DNA of 63,969 bases, filler included, from Ionaspis alba (lineage: Eukaryota): NCBI GenBank assembly GCA_964255285.1. It is 3 parts of 3 records of this genome, joined end to end, with 100 filler letters (N's around TTAATTAATTAA, not from the genome) between each part and the next. Parts side by side here need not be neighbours in the genome. Positions count along the whole stretch, not along the records: positions 21,512 to 42,921 come from CAXUUL010000223.1; positions 43,022 to 63,969 come from CAXUUL010000234.1; 1 more part is not named here. One strand, given 5' to 3'. The notes under the pieces are model-generated. The model saw only the letters and a program-made list of their open reading frames with translations. It was not told the origin of the DNA and did not search any database. Position numbers and translations under genes: made by a program. Shown here piece by piece: positions 34,588 to 46,647 of this stretch. Within the stretch, counting starts at the first letter, position 1. Each line of letters opens with the position of its first letter.

Positions 34588-35687
34588 ATTGCCTCTAAGC
34601 AGGAGACCGTTTAAGAGTAGCCTGGCTCCGGCCTCGGCTTGGTGATTCCAGCACAAATGGAGGCAATGATCCTTCCATCACAAGCATAAAAAATTCTGTC
34701 TCTTTTCTCCCTTGTACGCATGCATGTGTCTGCGGTTTGAAGGACCTCAGGATTGTGGATTGATTGGAAGAGCTGCGAAGTGTGACTGTGTTGCCTCTCA
34801 TAATCGCTCGAAAAGTAGCGCGAGCTTCTCCTTAATTGTTCTCGACTGCTACAATGTTGTCGATATCTTCTAGTTCTCGGCGTTTTGGATGGGGAATGCA
34901 CGAAGCAAGTGAAACTTGAATGGGCTGAACACGATTGGCCGGTGATGGGAGCTTATTGCATAGATCCGAGTGTTATTTCGAGCATTGAAGATACCAAAAA
35001 TCGTGTTTGTCCTTTGCTTGGTGTTTGGGCTTGTATGCACTTCACTTTCAATTAGCATAACTATCAGCAAAATGAAATTGCTCTTGACAAACGTTGTATA
35101 TCTCATAGTCAAATGATAGTAATTCTAACTCTGAACGAGAAAAGTTTCTGATCATATGGTGACATCCATTGAGCGATTGGAATGAAAGGTTGGATACAGC
35201 GACACATAGAGCGAGTGTCATACGGTCTATTTGACACGTTCGGACTGCGTGAGGGCATGGGAGAGAAAGAAGGCATCGAAGGCTTGGGGGGTGTCACTAG
35301 TTGCCAGATTCGCTAGTCCGTATGGAGCGTGGTTGCCAAGCAAGTTTGGTTTAGTCACGTATGTAACCCTACAGCGAACCCAGGTGACCTGGTAAACACA
35401 AATACGAAATACGCCAATACCGGCTGTTGACAGTTTAAGCTTGAACTCTTGCTACAGACCCTGTGATACAGTTGACTCTGCTTGACCTCTACGGCGGTGG
35501 GAGAGGAGCGATGTCCTCAGAGACTTAAATAGTGCTGCTCTGGTGCTTGATATCACTCGGAGTATTGCAAAGTAATGTTGATAAGTGCGACTTATACAAG
35601 GAAGAAATTTATCTTTAAGTTCTATTTTTAGGGGCAGATGCGTATGTGCACATCTCTATGTAAACTTATCGAGAGTGGCGGCAAGCA

Positions 35688-37001
35688 CTATTTATTCAGC
35701 TTCATTTTCAAGAAAGTCAACATATCCTCCAAGCACTCCTTTGAAGCTGCGACTTTCTCTGGGGGGAATAGAACAAAGCCATCTTTGCTTAGCGTATCAG
35801 CGACTATCGAGTTCCACAATATCATCGATTACTTACGAGGTGCGCCCGGGAAGAGTCGGACGATAGCCTCCGCTCCCGACATCTGCCACTTCAAGCCCAT
35901 CATCAATGTATCGTCGAGTAAGCAATCCTCCGTCCCACAAGTGAAGAGCGCTGGGGGAAGATTAAGGCCTGTGAGGTCTTTATAAAATGGGGACATCGAC
36001 GGATCTTTCCGGTCCTCGGGGGAGACACCAGGGAGGAACGCATCCATATATTTGTCCATGATCTTAGGCGTGAGCACTAAAGGCTTCGAAAAGTTTCGAG
36101 CCATAGGGAGGAAGGAGAGATCATAGGCTCCAAAGTTGAGTATCAAGCCTGAGAAGTGGAATTCCGGCTTCGTCTGTTGGAGACGGAACAATGTAAGTAG
36201 ACTCAAATGGCCACCAGCGGACTGGACGCGCTGTTAGAACACACAAGATGATCCAATGGACTTTGATCTCACCTCCCCTCCCATGAATAACAATGGCACG
36301 CCAAACGCCTTCTCCGCATTGTCGACTAACCACTCTGCCACATCAAAGCAGTCCTGAGTGATCGTCAGCAGGTGTACATAACGCAGGATGAATATCGGTA
36401 GGGAGTGACCTCTGGACCTTGCGGAAAGGGATGCTCTGGAGCTAGCCTGTATCCTATGCTAACGACAACAACGTTCGCTCCATCCGCGATGCCTTTGATT
36501 AGCGGGTCTTGACTAATACAGAGTATCTTTAGTCACTGATGATAGTTTCACGCGCGCTACATACTCTTTTTCTGATTGCAATACCCTAAGTAGATGTTAG
36601 CATTGTTCAACAAGTTTTATGTTAAAAAGTACCAGCCGCCACCATGGATATGTGCAAACGCGCCTTTGACAGGGCGGTCGCCTTCCGGCTTCATGATGCG
36701 ACAAGGTATTTGGCGTCGATTGTCGCGGGATGGTATAGAGAAAGGAATGCCGGAGTCGATAACAGTGGGACCTGGTAGAGGAGTTTTGCCTTCTCGTCTG
36801 AGAACTCGATACTGCTCCGCGCCTACCTAATATATTTCCTTAGTCATGGCGACTCAATGGATGATCTCCACTGAACCGTACGTCAAACCACATGGGACCT
36901 GCATTCAGAATGGAGATGAGTTGCTCGTTAAATTTGGTTTGGGCATCGCTGATGGCTTCTGGCCCCAGCTTTGCCGTATCAAGAATCAGGTCACTTTGCA
37001 T
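35688..37001 (-). CDS. Alpha/beta hydrolase fold-3 (HSL-type esterase/lipase), multi-exon
   Basis: Spliced product contains HIHGGGW, GE/SAGGHL (split by an intron), GTEDCLLDD and PGAPH/GF. Confidence 0.85.
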
Positions 37002-38184
37002 TGCTGAAAATAATTTGTCTTCCCGCAGAACGGAGACTCGACGTTGTGAGGGAAAATCGTGTCAAAATGGAAAACTACTACTTGACGTCCTTGGCATTCG
37101 AGAACCCAGATACCTAGATTGTAGCGGGGAGACAATCGACGTCATAGGTTGAGTCCTTCAGAGTCCTTCTGTCCGTAACAAGGGAGAGTAATAGCTACAA
37201 TGTTATGATGGCGGTCAGTCAAAGATTTTGCTTGCTGTGTTGACCTCCTATCGGCATGACACCCGAGGCTTATGGAATAGACAAGACTTCATTTTTGTGT
37301 TTGCTTGCGCTGGTGAATCCTGGCGGCCGACCTGGAGTTTTGATTCGTTGACAAGATTGGTCACTATCGGTGTCAGAATGACCAGGTAAATGTTCATTTG
37401 TCAGAAATTTAGCCTGGTCAAATCGTGAACAGTAAAACGTGAATTGCGAGCTGCTAGTAATCCTGCTCCAGTCACACTATGTGGATATAGAAATTCAATG
37501 GTTAAGGACTTGAGTCATCCGTAGTTACAGTCAAGTCTCAAAGTATTCCAGGTATGGATGCAAGATAGTTGCCCTCCTAGGCTCCCTGTCAGTGCTCTTC
37601 GTCATTAGTTAAGCTCGGTCCGTAGACGTCTCGCAATCACCATCCCATTCCCGCAATAGATCTTGAGCCACAGCCAGGGAGAAGCCACAAGGGGCTAGGA
37701 TCACTCTAGCGTAGATCTGATCAAAACCCCCGAAGCGAGCGGGCGTCAACCTCAGTCCAACCCTCGACTTCGAGATTCACCAACTGAGAACTGTTGATCA
37801 GCAACACACAACTCCCGTCTCCATAACTCGGGAGATCTTTACTCAGAACAGCCGGAAATGTGTTGACGTATAGAACAAGTGCTCTATCAGCCACATCCTC
37901 GAGCCTACAATTTCACGAATACGCGGGTGAAAGTACCTTCCTACCACGCCCTTTTGCTTGGATACACTCTGTGTCACGTTGGCCGACATTCTTGTCACGA
38001 TCACAAAGTCCTGTGCTTCCGTATTTTCCGATATTATCAGTGTCAGTCTCGTTGTTGCTACGAGGTTTAAGCTTCCTGCGGTCGCAAAATCCAAATCCGG
38101 ACTGCTCTCTCCACGTTCGGAGCCTCAGGAGAGCGGCAAGGCTCGCTGATAGCTGCCGATAAGTCTGTTCAGAAAACCCTCAGG

Positions 38185-41100
38185 ATGGCTTCATACCAGT
38201 CATCAGAGTAAGTGTGTCCCGTCATGAGAGGTACCTCTCGCGCACAGTCTCAATCGCAATATCTGCCGGACGCTCTTACGTCACACCAGTACCACGGCCA
38301 ATTCTTACTATGGTGTTTGTGAAATATTCCTAGCTAACTGCAGCTTTATTTCTTAGAATCTATGGCCCTGATCGTTTTACCAATCCTGGACCCGCGCCTG
38401 CCCCACCATCTTCACATCCCAAGCCATTGAAGTTTACACCGTCGATCGCGAACCTTCCAGGCAACTCATCCACGACTAGCTTACAATCTCCTGCTATGAG
38501 ATCTTTCTCGGGTCTTACAAATGGATCCAGCAGTCCAGCGCTATCACGCTCCATGAGTTTCGATCCTAGCGGTAACGACCATAGCGTCCTCAAGAGGGGA
38601 TATGTCAAGTACAGAGACCAGAGCGTTGTGGGATGGTGGAAGAGTAAATATGCCATTCTGCGCCCAACGCAGCTTGAGCTGCAAAAGACGGAGCAGGGAA
38701 AGACTAGTCTGATAGTTCCGCTCAAAGATGTCACTGGGGTTTCGCGATTCGATGACTACCCGCTCTGTATCGAAATCGTTCGAGCTGCAAATCCTTCGGC
38801 TTATCCTGGTGTACCACTACGTGAGCAACCATTGAAAACCATGTATCTGCAATTCAAGGAGGATGGTGAGTTGTATGAGTGGCAAGACGGTATATACACC
38901 CACTGCCCTGCCATCTCTGGCGTGAGCAATCCCACAAATTTCAGCCATCGCGTTCATGTCGGCTTCGATCCCACAAATGGCAATTTCATCGGCTTGCCCA
39001 CCGAGTGGTCAAAGCTCCTGAATTCGTCCGCTATTACCAGGGAAGACTACCAGAAAAATCCCCAGGCAGTGATCGAAGTACTCGAATTTTATTCAGACAT
39101 TACGAAACGTGCCGAGAACCAAGATGACTATTCGAGCTTGATGCCAACACCCCCTATTCAGGTAAATCAAAACAAGCAGCTGGGCCATGGAAGCGGAGGA
39201 TCAGGCATAGCGCCTCCTCGTCCTATGGCACCCGCTGCTATGGAACGTCAAGCTAGTTATCAGAATCAGCAACAGCCGCGCTATATGGAAAATACTCCGC
39301 CACGTTCCCAAGCTGGAACACCAATGCAGACTCAGCGCAAACCATCTGGCCCCGAGAAATTGGTCGACCAAGCAAGTGGTCTTCCAATACGCCAACAAGA
39401 AGCTTCAAGCCAGGCTAAACTGGCAATGGGTGGTGACATGCGTCGTGCAATGGAAGAAGAAGCACAGCGCGTCAAAGCCCAGCAAGAGCAACGAGATCGA
39501 CAACGGCGCGAGGACGCAGAGCAGAGCCTTAGGGAGCAGGAAGCCTACAATGCGGCGATTCCAAAGAAGGTTACTCCGATGGCACAACAAGAGCTTGGTG
39601 GATATGGCGGTTCTTCGGATACTGCGCCTCGCTATAACCCTTCAAGAGCCGCTCCTGCGGCCCCAGGAGTTGACAGAAGTCGTCAGCAGCCCCCAGGCTC
39701 CTTGAGGCAGATGCCAACACAACGCCCATCACCTCAACCTTCAACAAGTCAAGGAGGATCGTCCTCTGCAGTACCGCGTGCACCCTATGCGCAATCTTCG
39801 CGAGATCACTCACCCGGTACTCAAAGTTCTTTACGTACCCCTCCTCGGAATGACCAGCAGCAGCGACAACCTTCTCCCAGCGCCCGGCGGCCGGGTGGTA
39901 GCGAGAGGCACCAGTCGCCACAAGCTCGTGCTCCTCAAACCAACGGTACCACAGCTCCGAGCCGTCTGCCTGGCCCAGTGCAACAGGTCAAGCCTCTCAA
40001 TGTTTCTTCCAAAGCTCCGAATGGAACCTCCGCAAATGGTCAGCAAAGCAGAGCTCATGTTCCAGATGGAGTCAAGCAGGCCGAGAGTGCTCTTACTTCT
40101 AAGGCGCCTGCAGCAGAGACTCGCCAGAAAGAAGTCCGTATGTCTAGCATGTCCGAGAGCGAAGTGATGAGCAAGTTGAAGAAGATCGTGACGAGGCACG
40201 ACCCCGTGGAATCTTATGTGAAGCAGCGCAAGATTGGTCAGGGCGCTTCTGGCTCGGTTTACATCGCAAAGGTCCTCGCAGATGCGACTTCTCCAGTTGC
40301 AAGATCTGTTTATAAGAAGGACGGTGGTGAAGCCCGTGTTGCAATCAAAACAATGGATCTACGGAACCAGCCGAGAAAAGAACTCATCGTAAACGAGATC
40401 ATTGTTATGAAAGAAAGCGTCCATCCGAATATCGTCAATTATCTCGACTCTTTCCTTATCGAGAACGACACTGAGCTTTGGGTCATCATGGAATACATGA
40501 ATGGTGGAGCTCTGACCGATGTGATTGAGAACAACCAAAGCATTTCCGAGGATCAGATTGCTGCAATCTGCCGCGAGGTACGTATAAAGAGGAGCTGCCT
40601 GCAATATTCGAGCTGCTTACCGTACTGTGATAGACTTGCAAAGGCTTAGCACATCTCCACGGCCAAGAAATTATACACCGCGATATCAAGAGTGACAATG
40701 TGCTCCTAGACTCCCACGGTCGTGTCAAGATCAGTAAGTACATCGCTCAAATGTATGAATGAAGCCCCAGAAGTCTAACGAGAAGCTCCTCAGCCGATTT
40801 TGGTTTCTGCGCCAAACTGACAGTGGATAAATCCAAGCGTGCTACTATGGTCGGCACGCCATACTGGATGGCGCCCGAGGTGGTCAAGCAAAAAGAGTAC
40901 GGTTCGAAAGTCGATATCTGGTCCCTCGGAATCATGGCCATTGAGTTGATTGAGAGCGAACCACCCTATCTGAACGAGGAGCCGCTCAAAGCACTATTCC
41001 TCATCGCTACCAATGGCACTCCGAAGCTGCAGCACCCCGAGAAATTGAGTGTGGCTTTGAAGCAGTTCCTGAGCACTTGTCTTTGTGTGGATGTCAAATC

Positions 41101-41251
41101 TCGATCTACTGCTGCCGACTTGCTCCAATGCGATTTCTTGCGCAAAGGAAATGCGGCAACTCTGGCCCCACTACTAAGGTGAGTGCCTACTCAGCTGCAC
41201 AGAGTGGAGCCAATGTACTGATAGCCCATAAGATATAAAAGCAAGCCTTGA
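38185..41251 (+). CDS. CLA4: PAK-family Ser/Thr kinase Cla4 (PH, CRIB and kinase domains)
   Basis: NPGPAP N-terminal motif after intron 38208-38356; PH domain; [20 protein letters not shown]; kinase motifs [17 protein letters not shown] and [12 protein letters not shown]. Confidence 0.95.
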
Positions 41252-42231
41252 GCTGGCCGGAGCATATAGATCTACCGTCTCGTGCTCATTCGCCGGATAA
41301 CTGGTGGACCTCTACCCTTCTCCATTTATTCATCTACTCGACGAGCTTGCAACTTGCCTGCATTTACTCATGCTTGACCTAAATGCAAAAGACAAGCTGT
41401 GTCCATTTCAAAGAACAGAAGAAGTCTAGAATATACCCGGGAGTATCGTGTTGTATCGATTCTTCGGTCAGCTCTAGTATCTAGTGGCTATTGCTGCGCC
41501 CTTGCATTTCAATCAAAAAGGACCTCTTCCAATCCACGGTCATAATGAACAGTTTTGAACAGCTTTGGTAGGCTCGTTCCTCCACAGATCAATCTACCAA
41601 ATTTTCTCAACTCGGCTCTTCCTTGCTCCACATCACACGGACAATTCTGATCTGATTGGGTATTTACGGGCACAACGGATGGACATATGGTGGACATGAC
41701 TACAGCAAATCTCCAAGCGAGTGTCCCTACAATCACACCTTGTATCGGGTCTTTCATTTTTGCTGATTTGTGCTCGCGGCTTCAGCATGCTCAACGTGAT
41801 GTTTTTGGGAACGACTCGGAGTATGCGGACGATTGGCTCACTAGGTGGTGTCCTTAGGCGTTCATCATATGACTGGATAGCAACCACTATCGGTGATTGC
41901 GTGCTTGCTGTGCTTGCAGAGGAAGGGTGTCTTCTCGTCCATATCGAGTGAAGGAGCGGCACGAGCACAGCCACTGTATTTAAAGGTGTGCAAATAAATG
42001 GACATAAAACAATAGTCTCCGACAATGCCATGAATGTAGAAATTGATGGCTACTACAGGGTAGATCGAATCAGAAAATGTATACATGGACTCCTTCATTT
42101 GTGATACCTGTCTAAAGCTTGTTGAGCTCTTCGCTTCTTGATAAGCAAGTTATGACGCCATATCATGGACCGGGACCACCTCCAATCATGTAATATTCAC
42201 GTCCCGAGCCCATCATCTACCACCACACAAT

Positions 42232-42921
42232 ATGAGTGTTTCATGTAGGAAGCTTTTAGGCTTTCAATGCCCTCGATGTCTCCGCAATTTTTCGTCCACG
42301 CCTCGACAGCTGGCTGTCAAGGACATCAGAGAGCTACCGCCTCGATTATATCCCAGATACACAGGTACGCACCTAACTAAGCCAAATCATCTCCCTGTCA
42401 CTCAGACTCGCAGAGACTAAGGAAAATGACCTCCTTGCCCTCCGATGGCCATCGCCAGCGAGAAACATCCTGCTCGTTAAGAAAGATTGCTCGCAGCGCG
42501 CCACAGATGCCCTTATTGAATTCTCAAAGTAAGTCCTCCTGATGCCCCTCAAGCCTTCCCATATTGAGCAATCTTTCCACAGATACGTAACGGCCACATA
42601 CCCCTCCATATCTCTAATACTCGAGCCTCACGTTGCGCGATCCCTCCACGAAACCTTGCCCGTTCCCGTCTACACCACTCTATCTCCTAACACCAACTCA
42701 CTCTTAGAGACAAACATAGCTTCCAGTCTACTTCGCGAGAAAACAGACCTCATAACCACCTTTGGCGGCGATGGCACTCTCCTCCATGCTTCCTCCCTTT
42801 TCAGCCAAACTTCCACCGTCCCGCCCCTCCTCTCCTTCACGCTCGGCACTTTGGGCTTCCTCAACGAGCACAAATTCCCTACCCACCCTCGTGCGTTCGA
42901 CGGACTCTACACCTCGGGACT
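42232..42921 (+). CDS. POS5: Mitochondrial NADH kinase, 3' truncated at scaffold end
   Basis: Mitochondrial-type presequence (RNFSSTPR); LRWPSPARNILLVKK; GGDGTLLHASSLF; SFTLGTLGFL. Confidence 0.88.
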
Positions 42922-43021
42922 NNNNNNNNNNNNNNNNNNNNNNNNNNNNNNNNNNNNNNNNNNNNTTAATTAATTAANNNNNNNNNNNNNNNNNNNNNNN
43001 NNNNNNNNNNNNNNNNNNNNN
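42922..43021. other. Artificial scaffold-joining spacer
   Basis: N44-TTAATTAATTAA-N44. POS5 is cut here. Confidence 0.9.
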
Positions 43022-43500
43022 ATTATATAATAACCAAATCTACCCGTAAAGCCTGTTTACCACCTAAACAGCCCCTACAATACGGATAAAAATTATAATA
43101 AATTACCCGGAAATAATTAAATATTATATAAATAAACGTTTTGTTGTAATTTTTCGCTTTTTATTTTATTTTATATTTTATATCTAAACTATATTATAAA
43201 ATTTTAAGATATCGATTATTTATTCTGATTTTTAATCAATAAGGTTTAGTGTTATGAGCATCGTCTCATAAGGAAGGCACACGTAGGCTAGCTAGCTATA
43301 TAAGCCCCTTTTGGGAGATAGAGAATCTACAACCTTTTCACCACTCAGTAATTGGCCCACGGCTTAGCATTTAGCTCTCTCTTGCTCGACCTTGACATTA
43401 GCTTCCTTTTACTTGATCTTGACAAATTAAATTACGCGTTATTAAATTTAGATTTTTTTTTAGAAAATACACGTAGTAAACACCTAAGCCCGAAAGGGTC
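43022..43500. repeat. AT-rich, RIP-like degraded repeat region
   Basis: Abrupt AT- and TpA-rich composition at a scaffold end, with no ORFs. Confidence 0.55.
43250..43397 (+). mobile_element. Candidate solo LTR
   Basis: Begins TGTTATG and ends CTTGACA (TG..CA, imperfect terminal inverted repeat), has an internal TATATAAG, and is flanked on both sides by TTAG (43246-43249 and 43398-43401). Confidence 0.55.
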
Positions 43501-44203
43501 TAGGGGAGTCTGAATCCCTGAGGCAACATTCAGAATGGTCAGAAGATCCTGACGACCAATCTTCAATTCCGCAAGGGGACCTGGTGAATGGATCATCTGC
43601 ACGCATCAATCGAAAGCCCGTTTAGACTTCCCACGGCGCCCACCCCAACCCCCTTCGCTCTCTCCCTTGGAAAAATCTCTGCGATGTGCCGCTGCCGTGC
43701 CACTTCACGTGCAGAGAGAGCTGCAGAGCCTCAGGGGTTTTCGATTCGTGGAGGAATGATGCATCTTGCCCGCCCGCACGCATGCATGTTTTGTTCAGAA
43801 TCCGGAGAGGGTTCCTCGAATGGAAGGCGAGTTGACGGATGGGTGCATGGGAGAGTTTCTTTTACCTTTTTACCGCTGGACTTGGGCGGAGATTTAGGGG
43901 TGTTTGGGGGACGCTGATTTGGTGGGTTAGGTTGAGCCGTTCGTGGATGGGGTTTGGCGATCGAAGGCTTCGGAAGCGTGCTGGACGGGAGGTTGATTGA
44001 GTTAAGGTTCGGAGGAGTGACCTGCGGCACGGGAGGGATAGATTACGGTGTTGAGTTTAGATTGTTATCCTTATGTGGAAGACATCGCAATTGTTCATCG
44101 TGGAGAATAGAACATTGTGCTGATACTGTTTATATACAGAAAACCCGCATATGGTCTTCTTCTTCGTCGTACATTCTATTTATACATAACATCCTTCTTT
44201 TCT

Positions 44204-45153
44204 CTAACTGTAGTAGTCAGGAGCGAGCTTATAGGACATCATGGTCTCCTTGCAATGTCCAAAGACGAGCTTGGCATTTGTTCGTTTGGCCAGCATATGA
44301 ACCATTTGGTTGCTGCGCTGCCAATCATCATGATCGCGTGCTAGCCATCCCTGGATGGCATTGTCGTTGTAGTTGTCAGACACGTGGTACATGTCTGTAG
44401 TGAAGATCCAAGAGCCGCTCTCTGGCATATTGACCTGCATGATGCACAAGCCTGGCGTGTGTCCAGGTGCATGGCGTATGTTGATACCCGGCACAAGTTC
44501 GAGGAACTCGCCATGGATCGGTTTCCAATTGATGTTGAAGGTCAGGTAGTGTGGCAGATACACACCGATGTCGTAACCAGTTGCGACCGAGTAGAAGGCA
44601 TGCTTCAATTCCAACTCGTGGACGTAGACTGGGATGTTGGTATTGCGGAACAGTTCGAGGCCACCGGCGTGATCGAGATGGAGGTGACCCATCACTACTG
44701 CTTTGATATCGCTAACCTCATGGCCAGTCTTCTTGAGCTGGTAGGTGAGCTCATGCGTTTCATTGTAGTCCACGCGAGCAAAGATATCATTCAGGGGGAC
44801 TCCCCATACTGCAGTGTTCAATAGATGATGAGTGTTTCAAATCGTTTTCGCTTGTCGATACATTTTGACTAACCTTCGGGATAGTCTTTACCAGCGCCAG
44901 TCTCGAACAGGATGCAACCTTCGGTAGGATGCTCAATGAGAGCGGATATCATAACCAGCTGGCGCCGCTTTCTCTCCTTGGGTTGCTTGTTGCTGAGAGT
45001 CGAAGTGTTGCCTCCTCGTAGGAGGAATCCTTCATCGCACTCTAGATTCCCAACGTGGAGAATCTGAGTGGCGAGTCAATTGGGTGATGCTGTAGAAGTG
45101 GTAAATGACAGACCCATAGCTTCGTACCCTTTGAACCTGTGAGACTTAGACAT
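44204..45153 (-). CDS. Metallo-beta-lactamase-fold lactonase/gamma-lactamase (AiiA/AttM-like; FDB1/MBL1-like), 3 exons
   Basis: HLHLDHAGG zinc motif, PGHTPG, TTDMYH and VFGH. Upstream exons give GTKLWILHVGNLECDEGF..LIEHPTEGCILFETG. Confidence 0.9.
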
Positions 45154-46361
45154 TCGTTCAAGGAGGCAGATCATAATATACCGGAGGACATTTGTTAATC
45201 AGATCAATGCTGGTCATTTTGACAGGTCACGGTTGTGAAAAAAAGAGATCACTGTTCGCAGCAGCGACAGAGCCACGCAAATAATAGATCGATGAACAAG
45301 AGAGAGTGGCTCGAGAGGCATTGTCTGGACCAAGGGAAAGCTCTTTACTCGGCATCACTGAGTAGGTTGAAGCTGGATTCATTGCGGGGAATGTGGAGAA
45401 TAGGAAGACGGTATCTTTCCCCTCTACAGTTTGTCAAAGGTACGGAGTATGTACAGGGTCAAAGATTAAAGTAGTGCCTGCGCACTCCGTTGATCCGATC
45501 GGTGCTATAAGTTGCATCAGGGAAGGCAGCCTCATATATGCACACAGACGCAATCATGGCTGGAGGGACCTGACGCCGTACCTAAGTGGGGTGGATTGCT
45601 TGTACTTGTACTTCTTATTCATGCTTGTGGTCGCGGAAGTGGATCATGCCGATCTGTTGCCAATATTACGGTACGGTAATTAATCGTTGCGCCAATCTAT
45701 CTCCGAGATTACGGTTAGCCCCCTCTGCTCTCGGCTCAGCCTGCGCAGTCTAAGCTCTTTGTGGTACTAGCGTTGACTAGACTGGCTGGTCTCGACCTTG
45801 TCTTACTCTTAACCCTCCCCGGTCGGTCCAGTAGTCAATCATGCCAACTGCTGTTTGTCGATCCCTCCTCCATCCATTTCCTCTCGCCCAAACTACCGAT
45901 CACTCGAAACCAACAGGATAACCTTCTCTCCAACCTCAGCTACACTCCAACGTTCCATCTCTCTATCTGAAGAGGCAGAGTAGTTATCGTCAACCTCCTC
46001 TGTCGTAGCCTCGAGTGTGTATCCCTCTCTCTCACCTCTACGTTGCTTCGAGTTCTTCGCTACAACTCTCAACGAAAACTCCGTCGCAGTTCAGCCTTGG
46101 ATGAGAAATCGCTCAACCGACTGGAACCACGGATTGACTCGACTCGACTCACTCTAACATCCAGAAGGTGCAGCATGTCATCTTGAACATCTTGAACTCC
46201 TTGACTCGCTACAGCAGTTACAACCTTCGGGTCCAGTCGCTCGTTTTCTGTCCTTTCGTCGCATCGTCCTCTTTCGCTTGTCGCAACACCAGAGTGCGAT
46301 CCTTTGTCTTGCCCCGGACTTTGCCACAGCCTAATGATCTTTCGCTCTCCGACACTGGAGA

Positions 46362-46461
46362 NNNNNNNNNNNNNNNNNNNNNNNNNNNNNNNNNNNNNNN
46401 NNNNNNNNNNNNNNNNNNNNNNNNNNNNNNNNNNNNNNNNNNNNNNNNNNNNNNNNNNNNN
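46362..46461. other. Assembly gap with duplicated flanks
   Basis: 46317-46361 is repeated at 46462-46506. Confidence 0.9.
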
Positions 46462-46647
46462 GACTTTGCCACAGCCTAATGATCTTTCGCTCTCCGACAC
46501 TGGAGAACAGCTACGATACTCATTCGTTCTTTAAGATCTTCTCGGTGAAAGATTTTGTACCGATCGGAACTATACACCTCACAGAAGTACTTAATACTTG
46601 TAGCTACCAGCTGTCACGCTCAATCACGTTGGCCCATTAAGGCCAAC

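Noticed and set aside
41509..42098. Short minus-strand ORFs between CLA4 and POS5
   Set aside because: No motif or consistent splice model was found.
46317..46506. 45-bp direct repeat flanking an N gap
   Set aside because: Same assembly artefact as at 5794-6003.
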